This document shows positions 61,144-64,000 of a stretch of 64,000 bases of DNA, one piece after another. The DNA is from Eledone cirrhosa. Lineage: Eukaryota. The number at the start of each line of letters is the position of its first letter. Position 1 is the stretch's first letter. The position numbers and the translations under genes are program-made. Under the pieces are notes generated by a model. That model was not told the DNA's origin, searched no databases, and was given only the letters and a program-made list of their open reading frames with translations. The DNA lies in the NCBI GenBank assembly GCA_964016885.1, contig CAXHJY010000276.1:1-64000 (forward strand). The letters are read 5' to 3'.

Positions 61144-62313
61144 TCTCTGGAAGAAATCGGCTATGTTCAGACATGGGGAGGGGATGGGTTTCCACCATGT
61201 TTAAAGTGACAAAGAAACACTGTGTGTTACTACGGCACTCCTATGACACCACCAGTAGTTACGGTGGTGTACATACATATATCGAGGTGAAAGAGCGTGG
61301 CTTGATGGTTAGGGTGTTCGACTCACTCTCGTAAGGTGGTGAGCACGATTCACGGTGTATGTTGTATTCTTGAGGAAGACTGTGTGTGTGTGTGTGTGTG
61401 TGTGTGTGCAAGTACGTATGTATGCATGTGTGTATTTCTAATGTGATCTAGTGTAACAGCGAGGTCTTGTGATGTTTTCATGTTCTGTCGTAGTGGTAAT
61501 AGTAGTAATAGTATTAGCAACAGCAGCAGTAGTAGTAGCATCAGCAGCAAAATAGTAGTAGTAGCAGCAGGAGCTGTAGCAGCAAGGACAGCAGCTATAA
61601 TAACAGCAGATGCTCCTGCTGCTGCAGTAGTAGTAGTAGTAGTAGTAGCAGTAGCAGTAGCAGTAGTAGTAGCAGCAGCAGCAACAACAACAACAACTTC
61701 AGGCGAAGCAACAGCAATAATAATAATAATAATAATGATAATAATGACAATGAAATAATAACGATTGCGGTTTTGTGATGCGGCAACGCTAATCTGGTCT
61801 GAAAGGTTTGCAAATATATCTCAACAGAAAAGTTTTGTGAGATTCTTGGTGGATCAGCTGGCATAACAAAGAAGATCAACTGCTCAACTGTTATATCGGC
61901 TGACTATCGTATTAGATAAGAATTGGATGAGCTTACATCTAATCAGAAATGACCATAACACAACAAAGGATCAGCTAATACGTAAAGCATTAAAGAGATT
62001 CTTTTCAATTTTTATCTCGACACTCACGTGGAAAAATTTCGTGGAGAAAAAAAAAAAAGAATTTCCACTATCTTAGCAAGATTAATAACTAATAAACACT
62101 ACTTAACGGGCAATGTTTTGTTTGGTGTGTATGTGTATGTGTGTCCCCGTACGTATGTGTTTGTGTATGTTTGTGTGTGCGGGGTGGGATGGGGCGCATG
62201 GATGTCGTGGGTGCGTGTTGAGTTATGCTTGTGTGCGTGAAAATGAGAAAAGGATAGAGTGGGAATAAATTTAATGAAAACACACATATTTACACACACA
62301 CACACATATATAC

Positions 62314-62370
<57 letters not shown>

Positions 62371-62397
62371 TGAGAGAGAAAGAAAAAGTGAGAAAAG

Positions 62398-62473
<76 letters not shown>

Positions 62474-62669
62474 GAGAGAAAGAGAAAGAGAAAGAGAAAG
62501 AGAGAGGTTCATTGAAAGACAAAGAACTAAATAGAGAGAGAAAAATCTATGTTTGATAATAAAATCTCCGGTAATTTCTGATGTGATAGGCTTGTAGGAG
62601 ATAATCGTATTCACATCAATGTTTAATTGAAACATCAGATCTTCATTGAAAATCGGCTCTTTGGTGCAG

Positions 62670-63290
62670 TATCATAGGATAACTAAGATATAGATGCTAG
62701 CCATCATAGGATAACTATCATGTAGATGCTAGCCATCATAGGATAACTATCATGTAGATGCTAGCCATCAGAGGATAGCTATGATGTAGATTCTATCCAT
62801 CATAGGATAACTATGATGTAGATTCTATCCATCATAGGATAGCTATGATGTAGATGCTAGCCATCATAGGATAACTATCATGTAGATTCTATCCATCATA
62901 GGATAACTATGACGTAAATGCTGCCCATTATAGAATAATTTATGATATAACTATCTTAGAATAACTTATTGCTAGCTGTCATAGGATAACTTATGATATA
63001 GCTACTATCCATCATAGAATAACTATGATATAGATGCTATTCATCATTGGATAACTTATGATATAGCAGCTAGTCACCGTAAGATAACTTATGATATAGA
63101 TGTTACATCGGATAATTTATGATATAACTGCTAGCCATCATAGGATAATTTATCATAAAACTGCTAGCTATCTTAGGATAACTATGATATAACTGCTAGT
63201 CATTATGGATAACTACGATATTGCTGCTATCCATCTTAGGATACGTATAACTGCCATTCATCTTAGGATCTACAAGATATAACTGAGAGC
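62670..63290. repeat. ~31-bp minisatellite, degenerating to the right
   Basis: Unit approximately gatgctagccatcataggataactatcatgta. Confidence 0.9.
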
Positions 63291-63934
63291 CATCGCTCCC
63301 ACCTTTTTTCTCTCTGTATACGAATAGATACATTTCTGTATAGATAAATAGGTCGATATTAAAACCCACAAATCTTATAGTGGAACATACAGCACTCGAT
63401 TGCTACACCTATTACAATTACTTTATTAATAGGGTGACTGGGAAGGCCGTGGTTGATGATGTGTAAATTCGCGCTAACAATGACCTATCTACCGAGATAC
63501 CAGGACGGCAACATTGACGATGAGCAAGTGTGGGCACTGTTTGTGAGACCTGTCTCGCCGCAGCTCGTTTTTTAAACAAAGCTACAATCCTGAACCAAGC
63601 CTAGACAAAAACCAGGCGTTTGGAAGCTGGAATATTGTCAACCGTTCACTGCATTCTACCAGCTGTACCATTTGGTCACCAGAACGTCAACCCTTACATT
63701 CTACAGGGAGTTAGGGGACGATATGAGCGACGTTAGTTTGTGTGTGGCTCACGGCGTTAAGGTAGAAAGTCTGAACAGTCTCTTCTGGATGACTTTCAGT
63801 TTGGTGATTATGGACAAGTTCTTGGGTTGGCTTTCTCTGACCAATTCATTGTGAAGGAAATAGATAAAGTCTATAAACGTTACAGTATAGTATTCGTGTA
63901 TATACGCCCCCTCTCTATCTCTTTGTATGTATGT

Positions 63935-63965
<31 letters not shown>

Positions 63966-64000
63966 TAGGGTCGCCCTTAGCAATAGGTAATTTTCCGAAA

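Noticed and set aside
63430-63855. Complex sequence as a possible Dmbx 5' exon or LINE fragment
   Set aside because: No recognisable motif in the frames I read, so it is left unassigned.

Overview
AT-rich, microsatellite-dense animal genomic DNA. The tRNA-derived SINE families, the (TA)n/(CA)n load and the gene content suggest a cephalopod such as Octopus; this is inference, not verified. Nearly all long ORFs in the supplied track are microsatellite artefacts. Real coding content is (i) three in-phase minus-strand exons of a Dmbx-type K50 paired-class homeobox gene with a C-terminal OAR motif (56077-55902, 53665-53296, 40419-39941) and (ii) a plus-strand terminal exon of a METTL24/Methyltransf_22-like gene (10580-10879). 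Decayed RTE, R4-like, Jockey/CR1-group and Penelope-like retroelements, Tigger/hAT MITEs and many SINEs are also present. The main finding is a 6.7-kb array of apparently identical 311-bp units (44501-51208) in the last Dmbx intron. Each unit carries a complete minimal type I hammerhead ribozyme (gtagtc-CTGATGA-attct-aaca-agaat-GAAA-cgcg-TA-gacttac), giving 21 intact copies and a non-LTR retrozyme-like array. It is split into two oppositely oriented blocks whose breakpoints fit a twin-priming/inversion geometry. A second, unrelated hammerhead lies in a perfect 336-bp palindrome (33581-33916), a third has a U3-A8 covariant core (29002-29094), and several degenerate ones lie near Penelope relics.
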